Assembly (NCBI GenBank): GCA_029288895.1
Contig: JARIGK010000004.1
Coordinates: forward strand, 77,621 to 141,620
DNA: 64,000 nt
From: Candidatus Adlerbacteria bacterium
Lineage (GTDB): Bacteria; Patescibacteriota; Minisyncoccia; Phycocordibacterales; SBAW01
Direction of reading: 5' to 3'
Shown: one piece after another, positions 46,972 through 55,955 of the stretch
Layout of the letters: each line of letters opens with the position of its first letter
Numbering within the stretch: position 1 is the first letter of the stretch
The notes under the pieces: generated by a model
Seen by the model: the letters and a program-made list of their open reading frames with translations, nothing else
The model's database searches: none
Told to the model about the DNA's origin: nothing
Made by a program: the position numbers and the translations under genes

Positions 46972-47083
46972 GATGCCTAGCCCGTTTGGGCTCCTTTTTT
47001 TCGTCAGGTGCCGCTTAGTCGCAAGGCGAGGCAAACCCACGAGATCATAACTCCCTAGGTATAAGGGGAGTAACCATTCAAAA

Positions 47084-47269
47084 ATGGCAAAAAAATCTAC
47101 AATCGCACGCTCTAACAAGACCCCGAAGTTTAAGTCTCGGGTAGTTCGCCGTTGCTTCCGCTGCGGCCGCAAGCGCGCCTTTATGCGTGATTTCGGCATG
47201 TGCCGCGCATGCTTCCGCGAAGCTGCTAACGAAGGCCTTATCCCTGGCGTCCGCAAATCATCTTGGTAA
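47084..47269 (+). CDS. rpsN: 30S ribosomal protein S14 (zinc-binding type Z)
   Basis: RCFRCGR...CRACFRE...IPGVRKSSW. Confidence 0.97.
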   Translation: MAKKSTIARSNKTPKFKSRVVRRCFRCGRKRAFMRDFGMCRACFREAANEGLIPGVRKSSW

Positions 47270-47272
47270 TTT

Positions 47273-47662
47273 ATGGTAACTGACCCTATCTCAGACTTGA
47301 TCGTCCGCATCCAGAACGCGTCTCGCGCAAAGAAGACGTCGGTCTCTTTGCCATTCTCGAAGATGAAGTTGGCTGTCGCAGAAGTCCTTGAACAGGAGGG
47401 CTATATCGGCGGCATCGACAAGAAGGCAAGCAAGGAAGGCGTTCTCTCATTCGAACTTTCCTACAAAAACGGCACTCCGGCAGTTAATGGCGTTAAGCGT
47501 ATCTCGAAGCCATCGCGCCGCATGTACGCAAGCGTCCACGACATCAAGCCGGTAAAGCGCGGCTACGGCCTCGTTGTCCTTTCGACCCCGGCAGGCATCT
47601 TGTCTGGTAAGGCTGCAAAGCAGAAGAATGTCGGCGGCGAAATCCTGTTCGAAATCTGGTAA
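47273..47662 (+). CDS. rpsH: 30S ribosomal protein S8
   Basis: DPISD, RISKPSRR, VGGE. Confidence 0.98.
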   Translation: MVTDPISDLIVRIQNASRAKKTSVSLPFSKMKLAVAEVLEQEGYIGGIDKKASKEGVLSFELSYKNGTPAVNGVKRISKPSRRMYASVHDIKPVKRGYGLVVLSTPAGILSGKAAKQKNVGGEILFEIW

Positions 47663-47666
47663 TCAT

Positions 47667-48197
47667 ATGTCACGTCTTGCAAAACAACCTATCGTCCCCG
47701 GCAAAGCTGAAGTCAGCGTGTCTGGTGATGTCATTTCAGTAAAAGGCCCTAAGGGCACGCTCACGAAGCCTACCCACCGCCTCGTCAATGTTGAAGTTGG
47801 CGCAGACGGTGTCCAGGTCTCGGTCCGCGGTGCATCGCTTGAAGCAAAGGCACTCGTTGGCACCTACGCATCGCATGTCAAAAACATGATCAAGGGTGTC
47901 ACCGAAGGCTACACCAAGAAGCTCCTCATCGAAGGTGTCGGCTACAAGTGGGACGTCCAAGGCAAAAAGCTCAACTTGGCGCTTGGCTTCTCGCACCCTG
48001 TGTCCGTTGATATCCCAGAAGGCCTTACCGTCAAAGCAGACAAGGGCGCACTTACCATCGAAGGCCACGACAAAGAAGCAGTAGGCCAGTTCGCGGCAAA
48101 CATCCGCGCCATGAAGAAGCCGGAGCCGTACAAGGGTAAGGGTATCCGCTACGAAGGGGAAGTTATCCGCCGCAAGCAGGGTAAGAAGGCAGCATAA
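47667..48197 (+). CDS. rplF: 50S ribosomal protein L6
   Basis: VKGPKG, LGFSHPV, PEPYKGKGIRY. Confidence 0.98.
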   Translation: MSRLAKQPIVPGKAEVSVSGDVISVKGPKGTLTKPTHRLVNVEVGADGVQVSVRGASLEAKALVGTYASHVKNMIKGVTEGYTKKLLIEGVGYKWDVQGKKLNLALGFSHPVSVDIPEGLTVKADKGALTIEGHDKEAVGQFAANIRAMKKPEPYKGKGIRYEGEVIRRKQGKKAA

Positions 48198-48208
48198 CGA
48201 ATTGATTT

Positions 48209-48511
48209 ATGGATAAACGCACACGCCGCCACAATCGCATACGCGCAAAAGTACAGGGCACAACAGAACGCCCTCGCCTTGCTGTGTACAAATCTAACCG
48301 CTATATGGAAGCGCAGATCATTGATGATACGAAGGGCCACACCTTGGCATCTGCAAAGATGGATGATGCTGCAAAGGCAGGCGCAGAAGTTGCCAAGAAG
48401 GCAAAGGCAGCAGGTGTCACACGCGTTGTGTTCGACCGCGGTGGCTTCCGCTACACTGGTCGTGTCGCAGCATTGGCAGAGGCAGCACGTGCGGCAGGTC
48501 TTGAATTCTAG
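48209..48511 (+). CDS. rplR: 50S ribosomal protein L18
   Basis: [21 protein letters not shown]. Confidence 0.97.
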   Translation: MDKRTRRHNRIRAKVQGTTERPRLAVYKSNRYMEAQIIDDTKGHTLASAKMDDAAKAGAEVAKKAKAAGVTRVVFDRGGFRYTGRVAALAEAARAAGLEF

Positions 48512-48525
48512 TACTCAAACTTTAT

Positions 48526-49119
48526 ATGGCTGAAAACGAAAACACACAGGTAATAGAAACCACAGAAGCTGCAGCGCCTGCTGCAGATGCTTCGAGCGCG
48601 CCTCGCAATGACCGCGGTCCTCGCGGCCGTGGTGGCCGTGGAGGCGACCGTGGTGGCCGCCGCCCGTCGTCGCGCCCTCCTCGCCCGAAAAGCGAGTTCG
48701 ATCAGCGCATGATCAACATCCGCCGCGTCGCCCGCGTCGTTGCCGGTGGCCGCCGCTTCTCATTCTCAGTTGCGATTATCATCGGCAACAAGAAGGGCAA
48801 AGTTGGCGTAGGCTTGGGCAAAGCAGGGGACACCACCTTGGCAATCGACAAGGCAGTCCGCGATGCAAAGAAGAACATGATCACCGTATCGCTCACCAAA
48901 GACAACTCAATCGCACACGAAGTGTCGGCAAAGTACAACGCAGCACGCGTGACCATGATGCCAGCACACGGCCGCGGGTTGGTCGCAGGCTCATCAGTTC
49001 GCCCAGTGCTCGAGCTTGCTGGTGTCACTAACATCGTCGCAAAGATCCACTCTGGCTCGAAGAATGGTTTGAACAACGCACGCGCAGCAGTCGAAGCGCT
49101 CAAGAACCTCAAGGCGTAA
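48526..49119 (+). CDS. rpsE: 30S ribosomal protein S5
   Basis: RVARVVAGGRRFSF, VGVGLGKA. Confidence 0.98.
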   Translation: MAENENTQVIETTEAAAPAADASSAPRNDRGPRGRGGRGGDRGGRRPSSRPPRPKSEFDQRMINIRRVARVVAGGRRFSFSVAIIIGNKKGKVGVGLGKAGDTTLAIDKAVRDAKKNMITVSLTKDNSIAHEVSAKYNAARVTMMPAHGRGLVAGSSVRPVLELAGVTNIVAKIHSGSKNGLNNARAAVEALKNLKA

Positions 49120-49132
49120 TCTCTAACACTAT

Positions 49133-49576
49133 ATGCAGCTCCACGAACTCAAACGCAAAACAGAAAACAAGACCGCAAAGCGCGTCGGTCGCGGCGGTGG
49201 CCGTGGTAAGACCTCGGGCCGCGGTACCAAGGGTCAGAACGCACGTTCAGGCCACAAGAAGCGCCCAGAAATCCGCGAAATCTTGAAGAAGCTTCCAAAG
49301 CGTCGCGGTCGCGGTATCGCGGGCCTCGTCTCTATCCAGAGCAAGCCGCTTGTCGTAAACATCTCGTCGCTCGAAGTCGCATTCAAGGCAGGTGATGTTG
49401 TAAACCCAACAACCCTCCTCGAGCGTGGCCTTATCCGCGCACGTAAAGGCGACGCAACTCCAAAGGTAAAAATTTTGGGCAATGGTGAAATCACCAAAAA
49501 GCTCACATTCTCGGGTGTTGTTATCTCGGGCTCTGCAAAGGAAAAGATAGAAAAAGCGGGCGGTTCGGTAGCGTAA
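49133..49576 (+). CDS. rplO: 50S ribosomal protein L15
   Basis: RVGRGG..GKTSGRGTKGQ, KILGNG. Confidence 0.97.
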   Translation: MQLHELKRKTENKTAKRVGRGGGRGKTSGRGTKGQNARSGHKKRPEIREILKKLPKRRGRGIAGLVSIQSKPLVVNISSLEVAFKAGDVVNPTTLLERGLIRARKGDATPKVKILGNGEITKKLTFSGVVISGSAKEKIEKAGGSVA

Positions 49577-49582
49577 ACCTCT

Positions 49583-50845
49583 ATGCTTCAAAAACTCACA
49601 CTGCTTTTGACCGACAAGCTTCTCCGCAACCGGCTGCTCTTTGTGCTGGGTGCCTTGGCTGTGTTCCGCGTGCTTGCAAGCATCCCGATCCCAGGCATCA
49701 ACGCACAGCAGTTGCAGCTGTTTTTCGCAAATAACCAATTCTTTGGCCTCTTGAACTTGTTCTCAGGCGGCGGCCTCTCGAACCTTTCGCTCGTACTCTT
49801 GGGCGTTGGCCCCTACATCACTGCGTCGATTATCTTGCAGCTCCTTACTATGATGGTGCCGTCGCTCAAGGCGCTCTATCAAGAAGAAGGGGAGGCAGGC
49901 CGCGTCAAGTTTAGCCAGTACACTCGTTTTCTTACACTCCCAGTGGCCGTGGTGCAGGGCATTAGCTTCTTGCTTATCCTCCAGCGCGAAGGCGTTATGC
50001 CGGGCCTTTCGTCCTTCCAGTTTGGTATTAACTTGCTCGTCATTGTTGCGGGCTCATTGCTGTTGATGTGGCTTGGCGAGCTCATCTCGGAGTTTGGGTT
50101 GGGCAACGGCGTTTCGGTCCTTATCTTTGCCGGTATCGTTGCACGCTTGCCGCAGGATGCATCACAGGCACTCTTTGCATTTAACTCGAGCCAGCTCCCG
50201 GTCTACTTGGGATTCATCGCAGCAGCAGTTGCTGTCGTGGCGGCCGTTGTCGTTGTCACAGAAGCAGAGCGTCCAGTGCCGGTGACGTACGCTAAGCGCG
50301 TGCGCGGTATGAAGTTCTTTGGCGGCGCTTCGACCTACTTGCCACTTCGTTTGAACCAGGCAGGCGTGATCCCGATTATCTTCGCACTCTCGCTCTTGCT
50401 TATCCCGCAGATGGCAGCAACTTTCTTCCAGACCTCGCACATCGCATGGTTGGCCACTGCTGCAAGCGCTGTCTTGCACACCTTCCAGAATTTGGCAGTG
50501 TACGGCGCACTCTACTTTGTGCTCGTCTTCCTCTTTACCTACTTCTACACCGCAGTCACGTTCGACCCGCATCAGATCTCTGAGAACTTGCAGAAGAACG
50601 GCGCATTTATCCCAGGTGTCCGCCCGGGCCAGTCCACCATGGAACACTTGGGCCGCGTTATCACACGCATCACCTTCGTCGGCGCATTGTTCCTCGGCGT
50701 TATCGCAGTCTTGCCGATCGCTATGCAGTCGCTCACCGGCATCCAGTCGCTTGCCCTCGGCGGCACCGCACTCTTGATCGTTGTCTCTGTCATCTTGGAC
50801 CTCGCGCGCCGCATTGACGCGCAGATCTCAATCCGCGAATATTAA
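49583..50845 (+). CDS. secY: Preprotein translocase SecY
   Basis: GVGPYITASII, AGVIPIIFA, FIPGVRPG, GGTALLIVV. Confidence 0.99.
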   Translation: MLQKLTLLLTDKLLRNRLLFVLGALAVFRVLASIPIPGINAQQLQLFFANNQFFGLLNLFSGGGLSNLSLVLLGVGPYITASIILQLLTMMVPSLKALYQEEGEAGRVKFSQYTRFLTLPVAVVQGISFLLILQREGVMPGLSSFQFGINLLVIVAGSLLLMWLGELISEFGLGNGVSVLIFAGIVARLPQDASQALFAFNSSQLPVYLGFIAAAVAVVAAVVVVTEAERPVPVTYAKRVRGMKFFGGASTYLPLRLNQAGVIPIIFALSLLLIPQMAATFFQTSHIAWLATAASAVLHTFQNLAVYGALYFVLVFLFTYFYTAVTFDPHQISENLQKNGAFIPGVRPGQSTMEHLGRVITRITFVGALFLGVIAVLPIAMQSLTGIQSLALGGTALLIVVSVILDLARRIDAQISIREY

Positions 50846-50849
50846 GCAA

Positions 50850-51266
50850 ATGGGAAAGACTGTCGACATCCACAAGGCTGCCGGCGTTCTATTGAAAGAT
50901 AGAAAGTTCCTTATCACGCGCACACGTGGCAAGGAATTTTTTATTGCACCGGGTGGGCGGCTTGAAGCAGGGGAGAGTGTGACCGATGCTCTCATTCGCG
51001 AACTGAAAGAAGAGCTTTCAATCGATACAAAAGCTGAAGATTTTGAAGTGTTGGGCACGTTTTATGCCCCGGCAGCAGGCGCGGAAGACAAATATCTCCA
51101 GAGCGATGTTTTTATCGTCAAACATTGGGCGGGCGAAATTATACCTGCTGCAGAAGTAGAAGAAGTGAAATGGATCGATTCAAATATGCCAGAAGGCTTG
51201 GTGCTCGGCTCAATATTTTTACATGATGTTCTGCCCGCTCTTAAAGAGCGCAATCTTATTGACTAG
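50850..51266 (+). CDS. NUDIX hydrolase
   Basis: PGGRLEAGESVTDALIRELKEEL Nudix box. Confidence 0.93.
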   Translation: MGKTVDIHKAAGVLLKDRKFLITRTRGKEFFIAPGGRLEAGESVTDALIRELKEELSIDTKAEDFEVLGTFYAPAAGAEDKYLQSDVFIVKHWAGEIIPAAEVEEVKWIDSNMPEGLVLGSIFLHDVLPALKERNLID

Positions 51267-51269
51267 TAT

Positions 51270-51842
51270 ATGAAAGGGAAACTTATTTTAGTGGTGAGTC
51301 CGGCGGGTGGTGGGAAAAGTACGCTGCTCAAATATCTCCGCGAGCAGATGCCGGATATTGTGTTTCCAGTGTCGTGCACGACGCGCCCTATGCGTCCAGG
51401 CGAGGTAGAAGGCGCGGTCTACCATTTCATCAGTGACGAGGAGTTCCAGAAGCGTGCAGCAAATAACGAATTTTTGGAATGGGTCTATACCGACGGCAAA
51501 CGCTACGGCACGCTTAAATCAGAAATCGTCCCGCCTGTAGAGGCAGGCAAAACTGTCGTGCGCGAAATTGACATCAAAGGCCTCTACAAAATTGAAGAGA
51601 TTTTGCCGAAAGAAAATGTGCGCACTATCTACATTGATGCGGGCACGTGGGATGATTTGGAAAAGCGCATCGTCGCCCGCGCCCCAATAGAGCAGACCGA
51701 ACTTGCTTCGCGTCGCGCACGTTTCGAAGCAGAGGCACCATTTAAAGATCATGCCGACATTGTCGTTAAAAACCCCGATGGTGGGCTCGAGCAGGCAAAG
51801 CAGGATTTTATTGCAGCAGTCAAAACACTCGCGGTGGCGTAG
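51270..51842 (+). CDS. gmk: Guanylate kinase
   Basis: SPAGGGKST, SCTTRPMRPGE..G..YHF, YGT. Confidence 0.95.
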   Translation: MKGKLILVVSPAGGGKSTLLKYLREQMPDIVFPVSCTTRPMRPGEVEGAVYHFISDEEFQKRAANNEFLEWVYTDGKRYGTLKSEIVPPVEAGKTVVREIDIKGLYKIEEILPKENVRTIYIDAGTWDDLEKRIVARAPIEQTELASRRARFEAEAPFKDHADIVVKNPDGGLEQAKQDFIAAVKTLAVA

Positions 51843-51857
51843 TGTACAATACAAAAC

Positions 51858-52448
51858 GTGGAAAAACAGACACTCATATTTTTAGGTCCGCAGGGTTCGG
51901 GAAAGGGTACACAGATACAGCTTTTAAAAGAATATCTCCAGAAGAACGATTCAACTCGTGCGGTATTTGAATTTGGTATGGGGCAAGGACTGCGTGAGCT
52001 CGCAACCTCTCCTAGTTTTGCAGGAAAGAAGACCGACTCTATCTTAAAGAACGGAGGTCTTATCCCGTATGCAATCTCGTGCAGCGTATTCACCCAGTTC
52101 TTGATGAATAATTATTCTGGGGAAGAGCATCTGATTATTGATGGCTTCCCACGAACCGCCGACCAAGTGCCTGCGCTCGATTCAGCGCTCGAGTTTTTCG
52201 AAGCAAAGCCGATAACCGTGGTGTGTATAAATATTTCTGATGAAGAAGCAGTGACGCGCTTACTGAAGCGTGGGCGCAGCGATGACACAGAAGAGGCAAT
52301 ACGAAAGCGCCTTGCATGGTCGCGCAAAGATACTATGCCTAACATTGCCTGGTTTAAGACAGCGCCTAACTACCGCGTACTCGAAATAGATGGCGCACGC
52401 TCTGTCGAAGAAATTCAGAAAGACATCATCACACAGCTCGGGCTCTAA
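51858..52448 (+). CDS. adk: Adenylate kinase (short, no large LID)
   Basis: GPQGSGKGTQ, IDGFPR, RGRSDD. Confidence 0.9.
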   Translation: MEKQTLIFLGPQGSGKGTQIQLLKEYLQKNDSTRAVFEFGMGQGLRELATSPSFAGKKTDSILKNGGLIPYAISCSVFTQFLMNNYSGEEHLIIDGFPRTADQVPALDSALEFFEAKPITVVCINISDEEAVTRLLKRGRSDDTEEAIRKRLAWSRKDTMPNIAWFKTAPNYRVLEIDGARSVEEIQKDIITQLGL

Positions 52449-52453
52449 CGTAT

Positions 52454-53218
52454 ATGATCGCAAAAACAAAAGAAGATTACGAAGGATTGCGCATGTCGGG
52501 CAAAATTTTGTCTGGCGCATTGAAAGAAACTGCCAAGTTGGTAAAGGCGGGAGTTTCGACTGCGCAGCTTGATTTGGCAGCCGATGAATATATCCGCGCG
52601 CACGGTGGTGTGCCTGCATTCCTCAACTACAAGCCCTCTGGTGCCTCGTACCCATTTCCAGCAGCGCTCTGCGTTTCTGTAAACGACGAAGTCGTGCACG
52701 GCATACCGCGCGAAGATGTTGTATTGGAAGATGGCGACATCATTACGCTCGACCTTGGAGTGAACTACAACGGCTACTTTACTGACTCTGCAATTTCTGT
52801 GGCAGTGGGGGAGGCAACAAAAGAAACACAGCGTTTTTTTGATGCGGGCCGCGAAGCGCTTTCGGCTGGCATTAAAGCGGCGAAGGCAAACGGCCACACC
52901 GGCGACATTGGTGCGGCGGTGGAGGCGGTAGTCCGCCGCTATGGCTACAGTGTTGTTGAAGAGTTGGGCGGCCACGCAGTAGGCGGCGGTGTGCACGAAA
53001 AACCTTTTATAGAAAATACGGGCACTGCGGGCACGGGCGAAGTCATGCCCGAAGGCTTGGTTATTGCCATTGAGCCAATTGTGGCAGAAGGCAAAGGTAG
53101 CATTGTCATAGAAGATGACGAATGGACCTACTCGACAGAAGACGGCTCGCGCGCCTGCCACTTTGAACAAACCATCATTCTCACCAAAGACGGTGCAGAG
53201 ATAATCACACCGTTTTAA
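52454..53218 (+). CDS. map: Methionine aminopeptidase type I
   Basis: SVNDEVVHGIP, DSA, GHAVG..VHE, AIEP, HFEQT. Confidence 0.97.
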   Translation: MIAKTKEDYEGLRMSGKILSGALKETAKLVKAGVSTAQLDLAADEYIRAHGGVPAFLNYKPSGASYPFPAALCVSVNDEVVHGIPREDVVLEDGDIITLDLGVNYNGYFTDSAISVAVGEATKETQRFFDAGREALSAGIKAAKANGHTGDIGAAVEAVVRRYGYSVVEELGGHAVGGGVHEKPFIENTGTAGTGEVMPEGLVIAIEPIVAEGKGSIVIEDDEWTYSTEDGSRACHFEQTIILTKDGAEIITPF

Positions 53219-53700
53219 AGGGCGCCTTTGATGTGTGCGTAGAGCGCGCACAACCCAACAAGAAATACACCGTACTCAATAAACGCCACCGGGGTGGGGC
53301 GGAAGTAATACGCAATAACCCAATGCTCGCGCGGCTCTTTTTTGGGAGCAAGAAATTGGAATCGTCGTTTTGAAAACGGCCATAGCCATGCGATGCCCCA
53401 GCCCAAACCAATCGTGTCGTGTATAAGATGCATCGCAATACACAAAAGTAAAAGTGTGCAGATTATGGGCCCTGCAAAGAAATAGACGAGCGCGATGATG
53501 GGCACCCACACGAGCGGGTAGTGAGGGTACGTACGGTGGTCGTGATACGTTGACCTCGAAGCGAGATACCAGAGCATGTCGACGTCGGGCAAAAGAGCAA
53601 AGATAACCCCGAGCGCAATGAACGATGGTGTCGTGGGCACAGAAAAGAGATGTGCGGTGGCGAGTGAGAGCATGATCCCAAACCCTATATCGAGCGGCAT
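53215..53700 (-). CDS. Membrane-bound metal-dependent hydrolase (YdjM-like)
   Basis: LPDVD, HRTYPH, HLIHD, GIAWLWPFS. Confidence 0.8.
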   Translation of the reverse strand: MPLDIGFGIMLSLATAHLFSVPTTPSFIALGVIFALLPDVDMLWYLASRSTYHDHRTYPHYPLVWVPIIALVYFFAGPIICTLLLLCIAMHLIHDTIGLGWGIAWLWPFSKRRFQFLAPKKEPREHWVIAYYFRPTPVAFIEYGVFLVGLCALYAHIKGAL

Positions 53701-53751
53701 GCGTCCAGTATAACAGTTGCTAAATTCCTCATATATTGTAGAGTTAGCGCC

Positions 53752-54336
53752 ATGATGCATCCCAAGGAGGAAAAGACCTTCGTGCTTATTAAGCCAGACG
53801 GCGTCCGCAAGGGCCTTATTGGCGAGATCATTAACCGCTTCGAGCGACGCGACTTGAAGGTGGTTGCTATGGAAATGTTCCAGCCAACCAAGGCTGAGAT
53901 GGACAACCACTACCCTAAAGACGAGAAGTGGATAGCGCGCATTGGCGAGCGCACCTCGGCAACATACGCAAAATACGACCACGATATCAAGCGCGACTTT
54001 GGTACCACCGATACGATTAAGATCGGCAAAGAAGTGCGCAAGTGGCTCATCGACTTTATGGTTTCGGCACCGCTCGTCAAAATGGTGGTGCAGGGCCCGC
54101 ACGCCGTCGACATGGTGCGCAAAATTGTCGGCCCTACGATGCCGTACTTGGCAGAGATGGGCACTATCCGCGGAGACTATTCGGCAGACTCGGCAATTTC
54201 TGCAAACATCGAAAAGCGCGCAATCTACAACCTCATCCACGCGTCGGAAACTCCAGACGAAGCAAAACACGAAATCGCTCACTGGTTTGGCAAGAAAACG
54301 ATTTTCAAATACAAACGCTTCGGCATCGACGAGTAG
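53752..54336 (+). CDS. ndk: Nucleoside diphosphate kinase
   Basis: TFVLIKPDGV, GTIRGD, NLIHAS. Confidence 0.96.
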   Translation: MMHPKEEKTFVLIKPDGVRKGLIGEIINRFERRDLKVVAMEMFQPTKAEMDNHYPKDEKWIARIGERTSATYAKYDHDIKRDFGTTDTIKIGKEVRKWLIDFMVSAPLVKMVVQGPHAVDMVRKIVGPTMPYLAEMGTIRGDYSADSAISANIEKRAIYNLIHASETPDEAKHEIAHWFGKKTIFKYKRFGIDE

Positions 54337-54345
54337 AAGCGAACA

Positions 54346-54374
54346 GGCCGCCCCGTGGGGCGGTTTTTTCGTTT
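54346..54374 (+). terminator. Terminator after ndk
   Basis: GGCCGCCC/GGGCGGTT stem plus T-tract. Confidence 0.75.
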
Positions 54375-54388
54375 GTGATATAGTAGGT

Positions 54389-54510
54389 GCAGACTGCAGG
54401 GGCAAATGTCCTTAAGTGATCTACAGGGAGTCCGCTGTCCGGCAGCACCGTGGTGTGGCTGGTAGGACACCCACTTTGCACAAAAGTAGACACTTGCTCC
54501 TGTAGTCTAC
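54389..54510 (+). ncRNA. ssrS: 6S-like RNA (compact)
   Basis: About 22-bp closing stem (54389-54410 with 54489-54510), central bubble, inner stem bounded by GGGAG...CACCCAC as in Firmicutes-type 6S RNAs; TGaTATAGT extended -10 at 54376-54384; strong hairpin 54508-54543 downstream. Confidence 0.72.
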
Positions 54511-54580
54511 GAGAACTCCCGACGTAGGTCGGGATTTCTCGTACTCGGGGCCGGAAAGGAGGATACGTTATACTACTTTT

Positions 54581-55948
54581 GTGCAATCCACAATACATTT
54601 TTTCGGCGGGGCAGGGACAGTGACAGGTTCCAACTTTTTGCTCGACACAGGTGGCGCTAAATTCCTCGTCGACTGTGGGCTCTTCCAGGGCGAACATTCG
54701 TTTGACGATGCCAACTGGATGCCATTTCCGTTCGACCCGTCGTCTATTTCATATTTAATTAACACGCACGCGCATATCGACCACATCGGCCGTATCCCAA
54801 AGCTCGTAAAGGATGGCTACCGTGGCCGCATTATTTCAACTGAGGCAACGCGCGCCTTGGCCGAGCCCATGCTCTTGGATGCGATGGAGCTCTCGCGCAA
54901 AACTGCAGAAAAAATTGGCAAAGAGCCGCTCTATGATGAGCGCGATATTGCGCAAGCGATGTCGCAGTGGGACACGGTGCCGTATCACAAAGAAGTTACG
55001 TTGCCCGACGGCGTCATGCTCGAATTTTTTAATAGCGGCCACATCTTGGGTTCGGCAATGGCGAAATTTTCGCGTGGTGGCAAATCAATTGTCTTTACGG
55101 GCGACTTGGGCGGCGGCAATTCTCCCTTGTTGCCTTTGTGCGAAAACCCGAAGGGTATCAACTACCTTGTGATGGAAAGCGTCTATGGCGACAAAACTCA
55201 GGCCGACAAAGAGCGCAGCACTCGTCTGAATGATTTAGCACGCGTCATCAAAGACACTGCCGCACGCAATGGCACGCTGCTTATCCCAGCATTTTCTACA
55301 GAACGCACGCAGGATATTTTGTTTGATATCCGCGAGTTGTTTGCAACGAATGCCGTGCAGCATATGCCCGTCTTTCTTGATTCGCCTTTGGCGCAAAAAA
55401 TTACCGAAAGCTATTTGCGCTACCCGCAGTACTTTAATGCACAGATGCAGCGACGCGTCGAAGAAGGGGAGAAGCTGTTTGAATTGCCAGGCCTCCGCTA
55501 CGTGCACGATGCGATGGAATCGCACGATGTGTCATCGAGCCAGGGCCCCAAAATAATTATTGCAGGTTCTGGCATGAGCAACGGCGGCCGCGTGGTGGCG
55601 CACGAGGCGGCTATTTTGCCCGACAAAAACTCCACCGTGCTTATCGTGGGCTACCAAGCCGCAGGCAGCCTTGGCCGCAAAATTGCCGAAGGTGCTAAGA
55701 AAGTCACCATCAAAGGCAAACCGGTACCCGTGCGCGCGCATGTGGAAACAATCTACAGCTACTCGGCGCATATGGACTCGGGGCAATTGCTTGAGTTTGT
55801 CGAAAAAATCGGCGAGCCGCTCCACGACATTTTTGTCACCATGGGCGAGCCTGCATCGTCGGCGTTTTTGGCGCAGCGTATTCGCGACTATGCAGGGCTG
55901 CATGCCACAGTGCCCGCAGAAGGGGGAAGTGCTGTTATCGAGCTATAA
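54581..55948 (+). CDS. MBL-fold beta-CASP ribonuclease
   Basis: GGAGTVTGS, DCGLFQG, THAHIDHIG, GHILGS, ESVYG, AGSGM, SAHMD. Confidence 0.95.
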   Translation: MQSTIHFFGGAGTVTGSNFLLDTGGAKFLVDCGLFQGEHSFDDANWMPFPFDPSSISYLINTHAHIDHIGRIPKLVKDGYRGRIISTEATRALAEPMLLDAMELSRKTAEKIGKEPLYDERDIAQAMSQWDTVPYHKEVTLPDGVMLEFFNSGHILGSAMAKFSRGGKSIVFTGDLGGGNSPLLPLCENPKGINYLVMESVYGDKTQADKERSTRLNDLARVIKDTAARNGTLLIPAFSTERTQDILFDIRELFATNAVQHMPVFLDSPLAQKITESYLRYPQYFNAQMQRRVEEGEKLFELPGLRYVHDAMESHDVSSSQGPKIIIAGSGMSNGGRVVAHEAAILPDKNSTVLIVGYQAAGSLGRKIAEGAKKVTIKGKPVPVRAHVETIYSYSAHMDSGQLLEFVEKIGEPLHDIFVTMGEPASSAFLAQRIRDYAGLHATVPAEGGSAVIEL

Positions 55949-55955
55949 TTGGCAG

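Noticed and set aside
43695-46975. Prophage or IS explanation for the insert
   Set aside because: No integrase, transposase, terminal inverted repeats or phage structural genes; each ORF is separately terminated
47029-47045. GGCAAACC suggesting a c-di-GMP-I riboswitch
   Set aside because: Lacks the GNRA loop and downstream GGGACGCAAAGCC-type motif
53215-54405. 396-aa minus-strand ORF from the track
   Set aside because: N-terminal part is antisense to ndk; the real gene likely starts at 53700 with a -10 box just upstream
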